DNA of 62,139 nt, the filler included, from Sphacelaria rigidula (taxonomy: Eukaryota), in the NCBI GenBank assembly GCA_964200075.2. It is 11 parts of 11 records of this genome, joined end to end, with 100 filler letters (N's around TTAATTAATTAA, not from the genome) between each part and the next. Parts side by side here need not be neighbours in the genome. Positions count along the whole stretch, not along the records: positions 33,950 to 39,507 come from CAXNAA020026345.1; positions 39,608 to 45,165 come from CAXNAA020026346.1; positions 45,266 to 50,823 come from CAXNAA020026347.1; 8 more parts are not named here. One strand, given 5' to 3'. Below the pieces are notes generated by a model. That model made no database searches. It was not told where the DNA came from and saw nothing but the letters and a program-made list of their open reading frames with translations. Of the stretch, positions 36,081-50,473 are shown piece by piece. A program made the translations under genes and the position numbers. Within the stretch, counting starts at the first letter, position 1; each line of letters opens with the position of its first letter.

Positions 36081-38029
36081 GGTTTGATATTGGGAACAGG
36101 TGGAGTACTGTAGGTCGTTCTGCTGTTGTTACTCGTGACGGCGTTTGGCGTGATTTTTTCTCTGAAGATGGAGCGAATGCTTTGCGGAATTTCTACTTGG
36201 TGGTGTTTGCTTCCGTCTCAGATGTTTCCGGCCGTTTGTTTGGATGGTGGGTGTTGTTGCGAGATGTGCATCATCTTTGGCACCGTCTTTGGCACTGGCG
36301 AAACTCTCGTGATACAAGAAGAACCACAACTGTACTGTATTGGCATGTAACTGATGTGCGGTAATAATGGGTCACGAAATTGTCGCGCCAAACTCAAGCG
36401 AAATTTTATCAGAGGTATCAACATAATTTCTCCAAAAAAGCCGTACGTAGTACTAATACAATTTGCTAGACGATTCAGCGCCATTTTCCCCCAGGGTACA
36501 AAAGTAGCACGAGTAGTTCGAGGCTTTGTCGATTGTCACATTTCGAAAAGTCGTTCTGTGCTTTTCCGAGAGGGTTCCAGCGCCCTTTCCGACCTTTTCG
36601 TACGTCCACTTTGACTTTTAGCCGATGATTTTAGCCTTTTTTGGTCACTTGCGAAACCGTTTTCGTGGACTGGTCGACAAATTATTCATCCGGCCAAAAG
36701 TCGAACCGGGCCCACGAAAGTTCGGAAAAGTGGGCCATAATCCTCCCAGAGAATACAGTGGCAATTCTTCATGAGGTGGCATAATCCACCGAACCACGTA
36801 TGTCAGCGGAAATCGGCACTGAATCATCAAACAGGTTTTTTCGGAAAGATTATTCGTTGGACACGAGCAAGCGGCTTCACACGATTCACCCATCCCTCGC
36901 TTCCATGCCAAGCAACGACCCCGTGAAGTGAGCAAGATTATATTGCCTGCACGTGTGTGTCGGTCCGAGCTAGACTCAATATAATCTTCTTGACCTCCCT
37001 GTGAAACGGCGAGGCAGTCGGAAAGACCACGGTGCCATTGACCGGTAGCTATGTACTGGAACTATCCAGCAAACTTAGAGAGCTTCGGGGGAAACAAATT
37101 CTGAGCATATTCGTAGTGCAGAATGGAAGCGTTAAAACTGCACGTCATATTGGAAGGTGATATGACGTGGCTTGACGCCGATTTTTTCGGTCGCAGTGAT
37201 CAGCCGCAGGTTCTACCGACTCAGGAGTACTTCGAAAACAGACGAATGGACCAATGCGCATCGGTACAGGGGAGTTACGATAGCGCACCTACTGCATTGT
37301 TGAAATTGCTACGGTCACGACACAGTGCTGCTACTGAGAGTAGTTAAGGTACATCCCAGTGCGGTGCAGTAGAGTACAGTGCAATGCAAGCTCGATAGTA
37401 GACTACCGCGGCACAAATGGATCAAAGTGGGGTATGTACTGTAGCAGACAGTAGCTATAGAGGAGCACCTGACTGTACAAATAGTACGGTGCACAAGTGC
37501 ATTGCAGTGGTAATTACAGTACGTCCAACTAAATAACAGGGCAAGCCGCAAGTACCCGACGTCGCATCATGGTGTCACCCTAAATCACGGCCGGCTTCGC
37601 TACATTCATCAGCAGTAGAGCACTGCCTCGGTGTAATTTCCCAACGTTTTTTTTTTCAATTTTGAAGAGTTAAGCAGGCCATGACTTTGAAACAGATAAA
37701 TGCCCTCTACTTAAATCAAGTTGCGCACTTCAATGCACATGTTACCCCGCGGGCGCGGAGCACTGCTGGCAGGCAACTTTTGCAACTAGATGGGGTTCAT
37801 TTTTTTCGCTGGCAGGTTGTCTTATTTCGCTTGCACGGGCAGTTCTACGCCCGCTGTGCGATCGCCAACCCACACGCATCCTCTTTTTAGGATCCCATTT
37901 TTACTTAAGAATATCGAATCATCTGCAAATCATAGGCACAGCACCGAACACTCCACGTTATCCTTTGCCTTGGGTAACGCTCCATTGAGCGGGGGCGCGA
38001 AGCGCAGAAAACCTTGTAACAATTAATTC

Positions 38030-39440
38030 CTTTATCTTTTTCGCCGATGAAGAGCATTGGACGCAGGTGGACTTTTTGTCATTTTTTCACTTGATTTTAG
38101 AGTGAATGTGTTCGCGCCCATTTCATTCTCCCTGAAGCTCTGAGAAGCCAGTATTGGCTCTTACTTGGTTTTAGAGCACAGCGAAGTACAGCGAAACGGG
38201 GTCGTCGTTCTGTCAGCGTCTGACACGTTTTCCGCTTCCATTCCGGTAGACATTTCGCTTCAGATCGATTCGGGAGCATCGCTTTCATCGCTCGGCAGTG
38301 TTCTGCATGATGTTTTCATCCATTTCGTTCCGCCGCTTTTTCCTTGCCATGGAGGTAGAGCCTTTGTTCGTCGACCCTTTGTCCACGTCACACGGCATAC
38401 AGGCCTTCCAATCGCTCCGCCGTTCTTGGTCAGAATCCCAGAACGTTCACATAAGCTCTAAGAACCGAGCATTTCCCCGTACTATAGTGAGTCGCGAAGT
38501 TTCCCGTGTGTACAGAACGTCTCTGCTATCATGAGTCGAGGACTTTCCCAGCGTCTCTGCCCGGCCAAGCATTACCTGACTTCACAGTATCACAGTATCA
38601 CAGTACACGTTTTCCGCTTCAATTCCGCTATACATTTCGCTTCAGGAGGTTTCAGGAGCATCGCTTTCCCGGCAGTGTTTTGCTTAGTATTTTCATCCAT
38701 TTCATATTCATAACCGTTCCGTCGTTTTTCCCACCGCACACAGGCCTCCCAATCGCTCCGCTTTTTTTGGTCGGAATCCCAGAACGTTCCCAGAAGCTCT
38801 GGGAACCGAGCATTTCCCCTCACATGATTGTACACAGGGCAGAACGTCTCTGCTATCATGAGTCGTGGACTTTCCCAGCGTCTCTCGTGGACTTTCCCAG
38901 CGTCTCTGCCCGGTTCTCTCAACCTCTTCGAAGCATTACCTGATTTCACAGTGTCACAATATTTCCGCTTCCATTCCGCTAGACATTTCGCTTCAGAAGG
39001 TTTCTTTTGCATAGTATTTTTATCCATTTCATATTCATAACTGATCCGCCGTTTTTCCACAGCACACAGGCCTCCCAATCGCTCCGCTTTTTTTGGTCGG
39101 AATCCTAGAACGTTCCCAGAAGCTCTGAGAACCGAGCATTTCCCCTTACTCAAACCTTAGGCCGCGAGATTAGTCTTTCTGGATCATGCATACTTTTTTT
39201 CACTTGNNNNNNNNNNCGATTCAACAGAAGACTACCCTCGCGGTCTAAGGGTTAATCCCTAGACCGCGAGGTTAGTCTTCTGTTGAATCGGCATCAATTT
39301 CAAGTGAAAATATCAATGATATCATTTATCTTTTTCGCCGTTGAAGAGTATTTCATCCTTTTCACTTGATTTTAGAATACTTTTTTCCGCGCCCATTTTA
39401 TTCTCTCAGGAGCTCTCAGAAGCCAGTATTGCCTCTTACA
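38030..39440 (+). repeat. Degenerate tandem repeat, units about 350-380 bp
   Basis: TTTCCGCTTC.ATTCCG...CATTTCGCTTCAG at about 38225, 38606 and 38960; 38030-38160 recurs at 39325-39440. Confidence 0.8.
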
Positions 39441-39901
39441 TTCTTCTGCTAGCCTGTGACCACGGAAGGCGTCCGCATAAGATGCCCAGTACCAATGTAC
39501 CGCGCAGNNNNNNNNNNNNNNNNNNNNNNNNNNNNNNNNNNNNNNNNNNNNTTAATTAATTAANNNNNNNNNNNNNNNNNNNNNNNNNNNNNNNNNNNNN
39601 NNNNNNNTTATGTGTGGGAAAAGGAGGGGTGAGTTGGATTGGGAGGCAGGTGTGTTGGTGGGGGGGGGGGGGGGGGGGGGGGGGGAGGAATAAGAGCCTG
39701 GTCGATTCCTCAGAGTGTGAGCAAGGGACAAGCCAACGAATCGGCTCGAGGAAGACGTGTGCGGCAGAACAACACATGTGTATTTGGTGATTAACACTAA
39801 GTGTACATATAAAGATGACAAAATGCTGTATCCGCGTACCAACAGTTGTATTCTGGTTTTTCTTCGTTCCGCCTGTACGTGCATGGCATGTGCCTCGACA
39901 G

Positions 39902-39996
39902 GAAAGGGCGGTAAAAACAGACGGAGGGGTAAAAACGAAAACGAAGAAACTAAGCGCGAGCTCGAATTCAAGGAGGCTGGTCAGGAATACGCGCAG
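39902..39996 (+). CDS. EIF1A: Eukaryotic translation initiation factor 1A, exon (first exon not in contig)
   Basis: [35 protein letters not shown] acceptor, GTGAGA donor. Confidence 0.95.
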
Positions 39997-40879
39997 GTGA
40001 GACAGGGCAATTCGCCGCGGACTTGAATGGATGACAACATGGCGAGATAGTTTGCCAGTTGGTCGGTATGAAATTTTATCGGAAATTCATTATTTCGAAT
40101 GACTCCAACCCTCGGGCAAGGGGGGTGCAAGGTGTTCGTTCCCTAAGCGAAGTATGCGTTGCAAGACGTTAAATCGGCGCCTGCGGCGTCGATTTGGACG
40201 AAAAAATCGTTTCACACAGCATGGCCACCATCAAAGATCCGGATTTCGATGTCCACACTAAAACCAAGGCGTAAAATTGCCATGCCTACCAAGTGGAAAC
40301 TCTACTATACATGGCAGGCATGATAAGTCCCGCCGCGGCCTAACTAGGAAGAATCGGAACGTTTTTCCCAATCACTGGCGATACGCACGTTTCTCTTGTT
40401 GCTTACCTGCCCAAGCTCCTGAAATGGCTCAGGGATGATTTACGTTCTAGCTGGGCCAGCTGATCGTATTTCTTGTCGATAATCGGGTGACGCCGTGCTT
40501 GACTAGAAGAGTTGAGCGCTGAAGTTCTACACACCCTGGACAAAATATGGTCAATATATGCAATAGACGAGTAGTGTACTGCATAGAGTAGAGGCCTGTT
40601 GCAACTATTGCTGGCCGACAATAGTCACAATAGGCCTATACGTTATGCGGTACGTTTCTAGTCTTTTGCAAACTATTGACCATATGTTGTCCAACGTGTG
40701 AAGTTTTATCATCAACATGCGCAACATGAGTCGGGGTGGGCCGGCGCGACACCGCCCCCCCTCGCCCGCACCGAGCGCGACCCGTCACGCCCGCTGAGGC
40801 AACGCNNNNNNNNNNAATATTTTCCAAACATTTAGCCCCATTTTCTCCTTCGCTTCCAACCCCCCCCTCACCACCCGCG

Positions 40880-40910
<31 letters not shown>

Positions 40911-42370
40911 ACAAAAAGAAGGAAATCTAGAGCCATTGGAAATGTCAGCAAAGACTTGAAATGAAAAAAAACGGCGGCATCCCCGCAAATATTTTACTTC
41001 CTTGCGCGCCGTCGATCCTGGTAAAAGTTCGGCTAAAAACTACCTGAATTAGGCCCAGTGTTGAACTTTTACTGTGACACCGCTCCGTCTCTGTAATATA
41101 GGTGATATAAGAGACTGCAGTCATGAGTCACGACTTCAAATCCCGACATATCCTCTTTTTTTTCGCAGGATCCGGTTCCGCCGTCGAGATCATATATGTT
41201 GCAGTACTTCTTTTTCATGTATTCTTGTAGACGCGAAGCGCATATGACCAGGTTGGTCTGCAGCTCACAGCGATATGCTCGACTCGGGTTGGTTCGGGAA
41301 ATTGTAAAAGTTTTGGTGCGTGGAGAGAATCTACGATCCACGACTGACCCCGCTCCTATTGCCTTCGCTTTTTCGCCGCCCCTATTTTCTCTTCTCGGCC
41401 CATCCTGTCTGTTGTATCTTTTCTGTTATTATTTTTTGGCAAGTATTTCAGTCTTATTTCTGTCTCGGGTACGTCTGTCATGTGGACAATGAGCACGACT
41501 AGATCCCTGAGGAATCGGTGCAAGTGCGATGATTTATCGGTCAATCCAAGTGCAGAGATGGTTGTGGTTTAGTGTTCGTCAAATTCACTGGCGTTGTGAT
41601 GATGGATATCTATTCTGTGACAAAGATTGAGTTACTCGGGGAAAATGTTTGGTACGACAATAAAAACTGTGGGTATCCTTGCACATTGGCAGTTGCGCTG
41701 AGAAGCCGATAGCAACGCTGAATTCTGATAAGTCACGAGAATATCGGCGGTTGCATCCATACGCTATGCTAGTCCCGCAGTCACGAGTCGCGAGGGTTTT
41801 ATTTATCAGCTCAGTCCGCTAATCGGTATTCACCGTCATGGTCGCGTACGTGGACGATGACGTCATATATAATACAACATAGCCGGTGACGGCAAACGGT
41901 CTATATGATGATCTCAAATTACCGATACGATACGGTATATTGTCCCTTATCGAATTGTTGTTGTTGTCTTCACATTAAAAAAACTGTTCCGATATCTGCG
42001 CGGTACATTCGTACTGGGCATCTGACCGTATTGGATCGATATATCGGTGTATACTGGTACCGCTACGCAAACCTAGAGATGTTTGGGTTTGTCTCTTTTT
42101 TCTCGATTCTTCATTTTTAATCCCGCCTTTTTTCCGGTGCAGGTCTACTTGTTCTCGATTTGTCCATTTGTTTCAGGTATTTTCAATCCGAATCATCTGC
42201 CCGTGACCAAAACCCCCCTAAAACAACCCGAAACCTATACTAACCCTACATATTCATTTTATTTACTGTGATACTACTTTTTCGTTTCCGAATTAATTTT
42301 GGAATTATTTTTCGTACCACACCACTTCACCCCCCTGTTTTTTCTTCTTGCTGCAACACCAACAACGAAG

Positions 42371-42523
42371 GTGATCCGTATGCTTGGAAACGGTCGAGCT
42401 GAGTGCTACTGCTACGACGGGGTTACTCGTCTGGGCCATATTAGGGGAAAGATGCGCAAGAAAGTGTGGGTCAGCGCGGGTGATATCGTTCTTGTGGGAA
42501 AGCGGGACTACCAAGACGACAAG
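42371..42523 (+). CDS. EIF1A: eIF1A, middle exon
   Basis: [54 protein letters not shown] acceptor, GTCTGT donor. Confidence 0.97.
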
Positions 42524-43115
42524 GTCTGTGGCACACTAGTATATAAAGTACTGTACCATAGCGGGACTTGGTAACACCTCGGGCACGAGATTTTACACAA
42601 GCCTGATGAGACCGCGGCATAAACGGAGAGAAGTGCCGCTATACTCCCTCTCCTTCCCTCCCCGAAATTCTGGGCTCACATAACAAAATGAACTGTCGTA
42701 GATTTATGTGCACATGTTTAACGCCCTTGCTTACTGTTGTACCGGTGCCTCTTGCTGCGCAACGCATGTAGTCTTATCCATCGTGAAATAAGAAGCATGT
42801 CTCGGATCTGTTGCTTCCTGTGTCACACGATCATTTTGGCGTACATGAAGTATATATACAGTACGGGCACGTTTTCCCGATGTGTGCCGTTCACGATAAT
42901 GGGTCATGATCCAACACAGCACGCGGTTATTTTTGGTTCTGCTCATCTGGTTTCGTCTGCGGTTTGCCATGAGCTGTCCGAGGCAAATTGTTCACTTTTG
43001 AGGCTTCACAGAGCTTGCGACGAAGCAAAAATAGGTAGTGGATTTCATAACTGTTTGGTCTCCACCGCCCTGTCACATGTTCCCGTTTTTTTTTTTCCAT
43101 TGCTACGCTCGACAG

Positions 43116-43274
43116 GTTGATATAATCCATCGTTACAACGCAGACGAGGCGCGTAACTTGAAGCAGTACGGAGAGCTGCCAGAGCACGCACGAATCAACG
43201 AAACGGCAGTGGATTTGGCTATGGAAGGGGACGGTGCAGAGGACGATATTGGAATCGATTTCGACGATATCTAA
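43116..43274 (+). CDS. EIF1A: eIF1A, last exon
   Basis: [29 protein letters not shown]...IDFDDI stop. Confidence 0.97.
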   Translation, partial: VDIIHRYNADEARNLKQYGELPEHARINETAVDLAMEGDGAEDDIGIDFDDI

Positions 43275-46200
43275 ATGCAGTGATGTCTTTTGGACAGAAA
43301 ATCGCAAATTGGATGTGTCCATGCACGGAGGGTTTTTTCCCCCATCTTCCCTTTAGTTCCGGCTTCTTGTGAAATCGAACTTGACCAACGAACGCCCCAT
43401 TTTATAACTTGAACTGCGCGGCCATTTGTTTCCAAGTCAGTGACATGATGGCCAGTTGTGGAGTTGACGGGGGTCATGAAAATAGTTGGAAAAGGGGAAT
43501 CTTGGAATCGAGTTCAACTTGGTACCCGGCCGAAGTGAGCACGTGCTATATCGCAGTAAAGAGTGGAGACAGACGTATTCGATGTCTTGTGTTCGGTTTA
43601 TCGTTCTTGCGCTTCTTTATTTCCGAGACTATGCGGTTCTGGTATGTGTTGTCGTGTAGGCGTTAAAGCCTTGAAGTTTCAGGGATTAACACAACTCCAA
43701 AACGGGAGATCATTTTGTAGTGCATGGGGGCGGAGGGGTGTGGGTCTGCGCTTGACACGTTGACGGTCAAACTTCGGTGCTACGCGTAGCGTTTGTATCG
43801 GTTTGTAGGGTGGCAATACCGTATGTGGGTAGGTGTCGACAGCACGCCGTTATGCTTTGCGTACATTTTTGTTTTCTTCGTCTTCGAATACGGTTAGTGC
43901 ACGAGGCTTCGCATACGCCACGCCAATCGAACATGAACTTGAACCCTTTGAGCACCGGTGTGGGTCATCTGTTGACTCGTCATCAGTTTTAGTCGAGGCG
44001 ATGTAAATTGAAGCCCCATTCTGTCCTCAATTTTGAGGGGGGGATTTCAAGTCTGGTATGGAGAATCTACAGAGCATAATGAAACATTGGACCTTGGGAC
44101 GTTGAAATTATTTCCTGACGAGAAAGGGCGAAAATCAGTGTGCACTTTTCACGAAAAGTCCTCAATTCGTGAGGGAAAAGGTATCTCTTGACCGAACATG
44201 CAAATCCAATTCTCAGATTTGAGATGAGGGGGCGATTGAGAACCTTGGCAAGTCGAGGTTCGGAACGTGTATTGCAGGTCATTCATTACCAACGCAATTT
44301 TGATACTTGTGCTTTGACAGTTTTGTGGAGAATCGCCAGGGTATTGAAAGAAAATGAGACATGTTGACGCGTTTTCGTGAAATTGGGAGTCAAAAGCGGT
44401 CAATCAGTGAAAAGGTCGTTTCAGTTCCGAAATGCCCCTCCACGAGGCCCATTATTCTTCCTGTAATAACTTGCCGCTGAGGCGCTTGATATCCCTGAGT
44501 AGGATATTGACGTAGCTGTAAGCACACGGCAGTGATGATGGAGGCAAAGAAGAGCACAAACGGAATGAAAGATCGGCGAGTTGAAACGAATGATCAAAGC
44601 CACTCCCAATTCGCGCTCTATTCTCAATCTCACAAAAACGCTGTTGATTCAAGGACGTTTTGGTGTAGTATGGACTTTTTTCACGAGTACCTCGTTCACT
44701 CACGGAAAAGAAGTGAAGGTCCCCGTTCCTCTTGTGTTCGGTATGCCCATGTGATTCTCCACACAATTTTAGAAGCACGACTCCGAAGACTGGAGTAAAT
44801 AAATGAGATGAAGGCCAAAACCGATGTTAGTTTTTTACTTGAACGCCTCTTGAGACTGGCAAAATTAAAAAATAAAACTCCGAGAGCTGAAGATTTTTGT
44901 TCCATCCCAAATTTCACAGCTCTCACAACGGCGAGGCGAAACCTATACTCGGTGCATTTTGTGCCTCCTCTCGAAATATAGAGTTCAGTATAACATCTTG
45001 CATGTGTCACACCTTTATACACGGGTGGCCACTGGGGTCTGTAACCTGGCCACTTTGGGCACCCGCCTATAGACTGGGACATGTTTTGTTTCGATCCTGT
45101 CCATGCTGTGCGAATGCTCTTCAGTTGTCTACCCAACCCGCGGACCTTGCCAAAGGTGGATAAGGNNNNNNNNNNNNNNNNNNNNNNNNNNNNNNNNNNN
45201 NNNNNNNNNTTAATTAATTAANNNNNNNNNNNNNNNNNNNNNNNNNNNNNNNNNNNNNNNNNNNNGGAAGCTCTAGTTTGAATATCCCTTCTGACGGTCT
45301 CAAACGGGTGCTGATGGAGCGACGAAAAGCGCTGGCACTCTCCCCCCAGATGCGATTTGAGACAACCTTAACGTTAGAATTCAACCCCAGGGGGGGTCCG
45401 GAAATAATGGGTTCTTTTCTTGGAAAGCAGTCGTACATTGTTGAACAGGTGGAAAGTGTTCGAACATTGGAATTTCGGTTTTCAAAAGGGGAACATGTAC
45501 TAACGATACCCCTGAGTACTGTTCTACATATTTTATTCCGAGCGATGTTCACCAAATACCCCCACAGTTGTCTCAAATCGCATCTGGGGGGAGAGTGCCA
45601 GCGCTTTTCGTCGCTCCATCAGCACCCGTTTGAGACCGTCAGAAGGGATATTCAAACTAGAGCTTCCGCGGCTTTGAAATCGAAACGAAACGGCTCGAAT
45701 TTTCGAAGCGCGTTGCACTACAACAGTATTGTTGTTCAACACCTCCACCGTGAAACCGGTTCTCATAACAGCCACGGTGGAGGTGGCCATACAAGGCGTG
45801 ATAGCTGGTTCAGACGAGATGAAGCTCCTCGCATGGGCACTACTGGCGGAACAACCCCAGGCGTCGGACTAACCCTTACCCCCGTTGTGTGTGTCTGCAG
45901 CTTTTTCGTGGGGCACCCATTTCATCCAACTGACCACTGTACTGTGGTTATGCTGTGGTGTGGTGTTGGTATATCTCAGCAGACTGCTGAGTGACGCTGC
46001 GTTTCGAAGATCGTTGGCGTCTGCCGCCGCATTGGATCGTTTCGCTGACGGCGGTCGTCGCCGGCGCAACAGTATGAAATCTCTCTCAGATACACAACAA
46101 GAGGCGCTGGAAAACTCGATGACTAGTCCAAAGAAGTATCTTTTCAGCATGCTTTGTTACGTGTTCCGCAGCGCTTAGACGCAAGGGTTGCTCGATAGAT

Positions 46201-46404
46201 GCGGCACAATGAATGAGGGCGGCTTTTCGGTTGGACTGCATACCATCATGCTTTCGCTGCAGTGCTGAACCTTCTGGGTTAGGGGCACATGGTCGAAACC
46301 GCTTGCGACTCCAGAGCCTTGTGAACAAAGTAAACGAAATTTCGATGGTCCGTTAAACCTCATAGAAATGTTGAACCTCTATAATGATTCCAGGCTGCTG
46401 AAGA

Positions 46405-49400
46405 TTGTAAAGGCTGACAACTGAAACTGAGGCCAGGAAGACTTAGGAGTCCCTCAACAGCAGTGATCCAGCAGTTTTTCCACTGGCTGGCGTCACAATA
46501 TCGATCTTAATGCTAGTACTAGTGCTAGTGCTAGTGCTAGTGCTAGAAGCCTGCTGGGAAGAAATTCGGCGGAAGGAGGCTGATACCTGTGGAAACGTGA
46601 CAACCCACGACCGCGTAGGGAGGGTTCCAGCCGAGGCGGCTGCAGAAAGGCGGCTGGCCTGTGACAGATTCAGACTGGAGACTTGCTGAAGTTGCGTGCA
46701 GCGGGAGTTTGGAGGCTCCTACGACTGAGTGGTGCGGCGACGAGGCAAGGAAAGTGCAATTCGCACAGGTCTGCTGGCCTGCAGAGGTTTGCAGGTAGCC
46801 GGTTACAGCTATGGCTATGGCTACCGGCTCACGTGGTACGTCCACCGTGACACTCGTGGTCATGCGGGAAGAGTTGTGATCTTCCCAAAACGGGGACAGG
46901 TACTCAGAGAGTGCATCTCGCACTTTTTCCACGAGGTGTTTGTAAAACAAGAAGCGTGTGGAGCATGCTAATGCAGGGGGTGCCGTGCGGCATCAGGTGG
47001 TGACAATGGCTCAACAAGTGCCAACCCATGTACAGAGAGTGTTCGCTCGTTTGGAACATAATGAGAGCACTATCCCCCCGCTGCAATTGGTTGCGGCGAT
47101 CAAAAAACATGCTGGACATTCGGCGGGCGCCGAGGTAGATCTGACCCAAGCGTTCGCGGCCGTGGCGAAAGTTGTCGCCATGGATTCTCGGGGGAAAACG
47201 ATGTTGGAGCGGGTGGAGCCCATCTTGGCCATTATGGAGAAGTACTTCACGGAAAATTCGAACGTAGTACTAGTGTATCGTTTCCCCGATGGCGTGTTCA
47301 TTCCCGGCCCGGCAGCAGTAGTCACTAAGGCTTTGGTGAAGGGGTTGGCACCGGAATATTTCAAGCAAGCTGTGCTTGTCAAGCTGCAGCACCAAACAGA
47401 CTGGAAGGCCGTCCCTCACCCGGTGATTGGCACCGTCGTGGCCGAGGCCACCAATGTGGCCAGGTCGGCCATTACGCGCGCGATTGCCCAACGTCTTCTG
47501 GTAGAGAGTCTGGGCAGCCTAGTGCCGCGCGCCATCAGCATCGTCAGCACAAGGGCAAAATACGAGGTAATCGTGGTGGCGGCCCCGGGTCCTCCGGCGA
47601 TGGAGGTTCGCAGGCGAGCTCTCACCAGCAGCTGCAGCAGCAGCAGAACTAGCAGCAGCAAGGGCAGCGGTGTCAGCATTGGCCTGGCTCTGGGTCCGGC
47701 GCCGCCGTAAGTGCTGCTGCTCCGCAACGGGCGGTGCAGGTGTGCCCGACTTGTGCAGAGTCGAATACTGTGCCGGCGCCGGTGGTGGCGCCAGCGACGA
47801 CACCGGTAGCAGCGCCGGGCGCAACGCCTGTTGACGCGCTGGTCGGAGGGTCGACAAATTCTTGGTTTGCTGGTTTGGAGGCATACCCGCCGGCGGTGCC
47901 GTTTGATTCTGCTTGGGCGTCTTCGCCTGCACAGCTTGCGAGCCGTGGCGTGAGGTGGAATTTGCGGCGCATAGGTCAGCGGAAGAAGTTCCCGTGGAGC
48001 TTGCCGACAGATGCATTCCGGCGGAGTTATGTTATCCGAATCAAGGGCAACGTGGAGCGATCGTGGTTCGGTCTGTGTTGGATTCTGGCGCCAATTTCAC
48101 TAGTCTGCCAGTGGAGATGGTTGAAATGCTGCAGCGTCAACTCCCGTGTGTGCCGTTGCGCATCCCGTTTTCGCTCGGGGCGCGGCAGGCAGTCACCGCG
48201 TCGGGTCAGCATGTTTCAGTCACGGAGCGTACTGTTCCGTAGCAGCTAGCCTTCAAGACTTCTTGGGGGCTGGCGCCGTTGCCTCCGATCTCCTTTGCGA
48301 TTATGCCAGGGTCGGATGGCGTTGTTTTTCTAGGGCTGCCGACGCTAGAGGATCTAGGGGTCGACCCGTATGAGCGGTTGGAGGACTCCATCAAGACGCG
48401 GATGTCTCCGCCTGGTCCGCATGTGTAGACGCCCGCCTTTTTGGGTAGTGGTCGTGTGAGCTTGTCGGTGGATGCGTTTTAGAAGGCTGAGGGGCAGGTG
48501 ACCGAGGAGCGGGATGCGGCGGTGGAACGCTTAGTAGAGCGCGACCCGAATATGTTCATGGACCCGGCGGAAGAGGAGTCCGCTGGGAAGGTCGCGCTGG
48601 AGGAGAGCGTGACGGATGCTGTGGCGAAAGGCCTCAGCGTCCCCGAAGCGGAACGCGTACGCAGCATCTCGCATCGCCGCGTCAACGCGTTTCGTCGTGC
48701 GCTGCGGGGTAATCCCCCTGCACGCCTTGAGCCCATGCGTGTTCAGCTGAAACCTGGGGCATTCGCGGTGAAGGCGAAGCCGCGGCGGTACGATGCGATG
48801 AAGTCGAGCTGGTTGGCATCGTGCATGGCGGTTCTTTTGGCGCTTGGGTTGGTAGTCCGGAACCTGCATGCGGTATGGTCTAGTCCGGCGATGGCGGTTC
48901 AAAAGAAAGTCTCGTTTCGCCTGGTAAGCGACGACAAGGCCGTGAATGATCCTGTTGAGAAGTCGCCGGATATCGTGCCGAATCACGAGTCGGACATGCG
49001 TCATCTCTTGAGTGCTCGTTTTTTTGGCAAGTTGGACCTCCTCCAAGGTTACTGCCAGATACCGTTGGCGGAGGAGGCGCAGGAGATTTTCACAATCACG
49101 ACCCGGTCAGGCTTGTCTACTCCGAAGCGAGTGCCGCAAGGCGTGTTGAATGCCACGGCATATTTTCAAGGAATCATGACAGAACTGCTCGTCGGCTTGA
49201 AATGCAAGATATGGGTGGATGCTGTGTTTTTTTTCGCGGGCACGGAGGACGACCGTTTAGATACGCTTGATGTTATCTTGGCCCGTGTAGAGAATGTTGG
49301 TTAGTTTGCGGCGGCGCACAAATACACGTTTTTCGCTATTGAACTCATGTGGTGTGGGAAAGTGTACTCACACGGACCCGTATCTCATGACCCTGTCAGA

Positions 49401-50473
49401 TTGCAAGGCTTGTCTGACATGCGGCGTCCGGAGAAGGCCGCAGAACTTATGGAATCCCTGCAGACCGTGAATTGTCTGCGTACCTCGATGCCGCGTATGG
49501 CAGAAATCGTAGCTCCCTTGCGCGTTTTCCTCGAAGAGCTCATGGCGGGTGCTTCGAGGCGGACGAAGCGTGTTGCAAAAAACCGCGCTTTTCCGCCTGC
49601 ACTGTAGACGGCAGGTTGCAGGCGCGGGCGGCAGTGAAGGATCTGGTGGCTCATGCCGTGACGCTGTCCATTCTCGTTCTGATCGTCAGGTGCTAATGTT
49701 TCCGGATCCATCTGAGTGTCATTGGGGTAGTTTCGTTACGCAGGTACGTAAAGCGGAAATGCAAAGACACCTGCTAGTTGAGGACATGACGCATGAACCG
49801 CTAGCTCCCCTCAGTGGTAATTTCAAGGGTTCGCAGTTGCGTTGAGCCACAATTGATAACGAAGGTTTTGCTATTGTAAGCACTTTTCGTCGTTTGGAGC
49901 ATCTGTTATGGGATGGCGTGCACATTTTCACGGATCACCGAAATCTCGTGTATATTTTCAACCCGGAAGCATGCGTTACGTCTGTGTCGAAAGCATGGGC
50001 ATAACGTTTGGAGGGTCGGAAAGCTGCTCTTGTACCGTTACTCGATGTGCTATATTTCGGGTGACCGTAATGCGTTTGGTGACTTGCTTTCACGTTGGGT
50101 GAACATCCCGGCTTTGCCTGTGCGCGCTGTGGCTGCGTATGGTCCGTATGAACCTGATGACTCGATGCCGTCCAAATTTTTTGTCCGCCTAGCGCACCGA
50201 AAAGACCTTGGGGCCGAAGATGTGGATGTGCAATCTTTCGAGTCGGACGTTGTTACTGCTATCTTGGACAATGAAGGTCTGTTTCGTGTGCATTTGCGTG
50301 GCCCAAACGTTTTGTGGATTCCGAATTCTGACAAGCAGTTGCAGGTACGTCTGATGATTTACACGCACATGCACGACGCCGGGCATCGTGGAGTGGCTGC
50401 GACGCTCGTACGCTTGCAAGAATTTGTGTCTGGCAAGGGATATAAACTCATGTGCGCGAATTTATCCGACAGT
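46405..50473 (+). mobile_element. Degenerate Ty3/Gypsy element, copy 2 of the same family (partial 5' LTR 46405-46497, gag, PR, RT, RNase H, start of integrase)
   Basis: Collinear with 1115-3785; LDSGA, LDLLQGYCQ, PQG, WVDA (decayed YxDD), TDHRNL. Confidence 0.93.

Noticed and set aside
39217..39290. 35-bp-arm palindrome
   Set aside because: Abuts a 10-N gap inside a repeat; probably repeat-internal or an assembly effect.
42575..42690. CTGATGAG hammerhead-like half in the eIF1A intron
   Set aside because: No proper stem II-GAAA or cleavage triplet follows; at most a truncated remnant.
44110..44165. CTGACGA-G...C-GAAA minimal hammerhead core
   Set aside because: Stem I cannot form next to a NUH site.
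45266..45667. Perfect about 101-bp inverted repeat and the 238-aa ORF spanning it
   Set aside because: Zero mismatches starting exactly at a contig edge suggests an assembly artefact; the ORF is not protein-like.
45980..46140. Possible + strand exon (RLLSDAAFRRSLA...)
   Set aside because: No recognisable domain or clear donor site.
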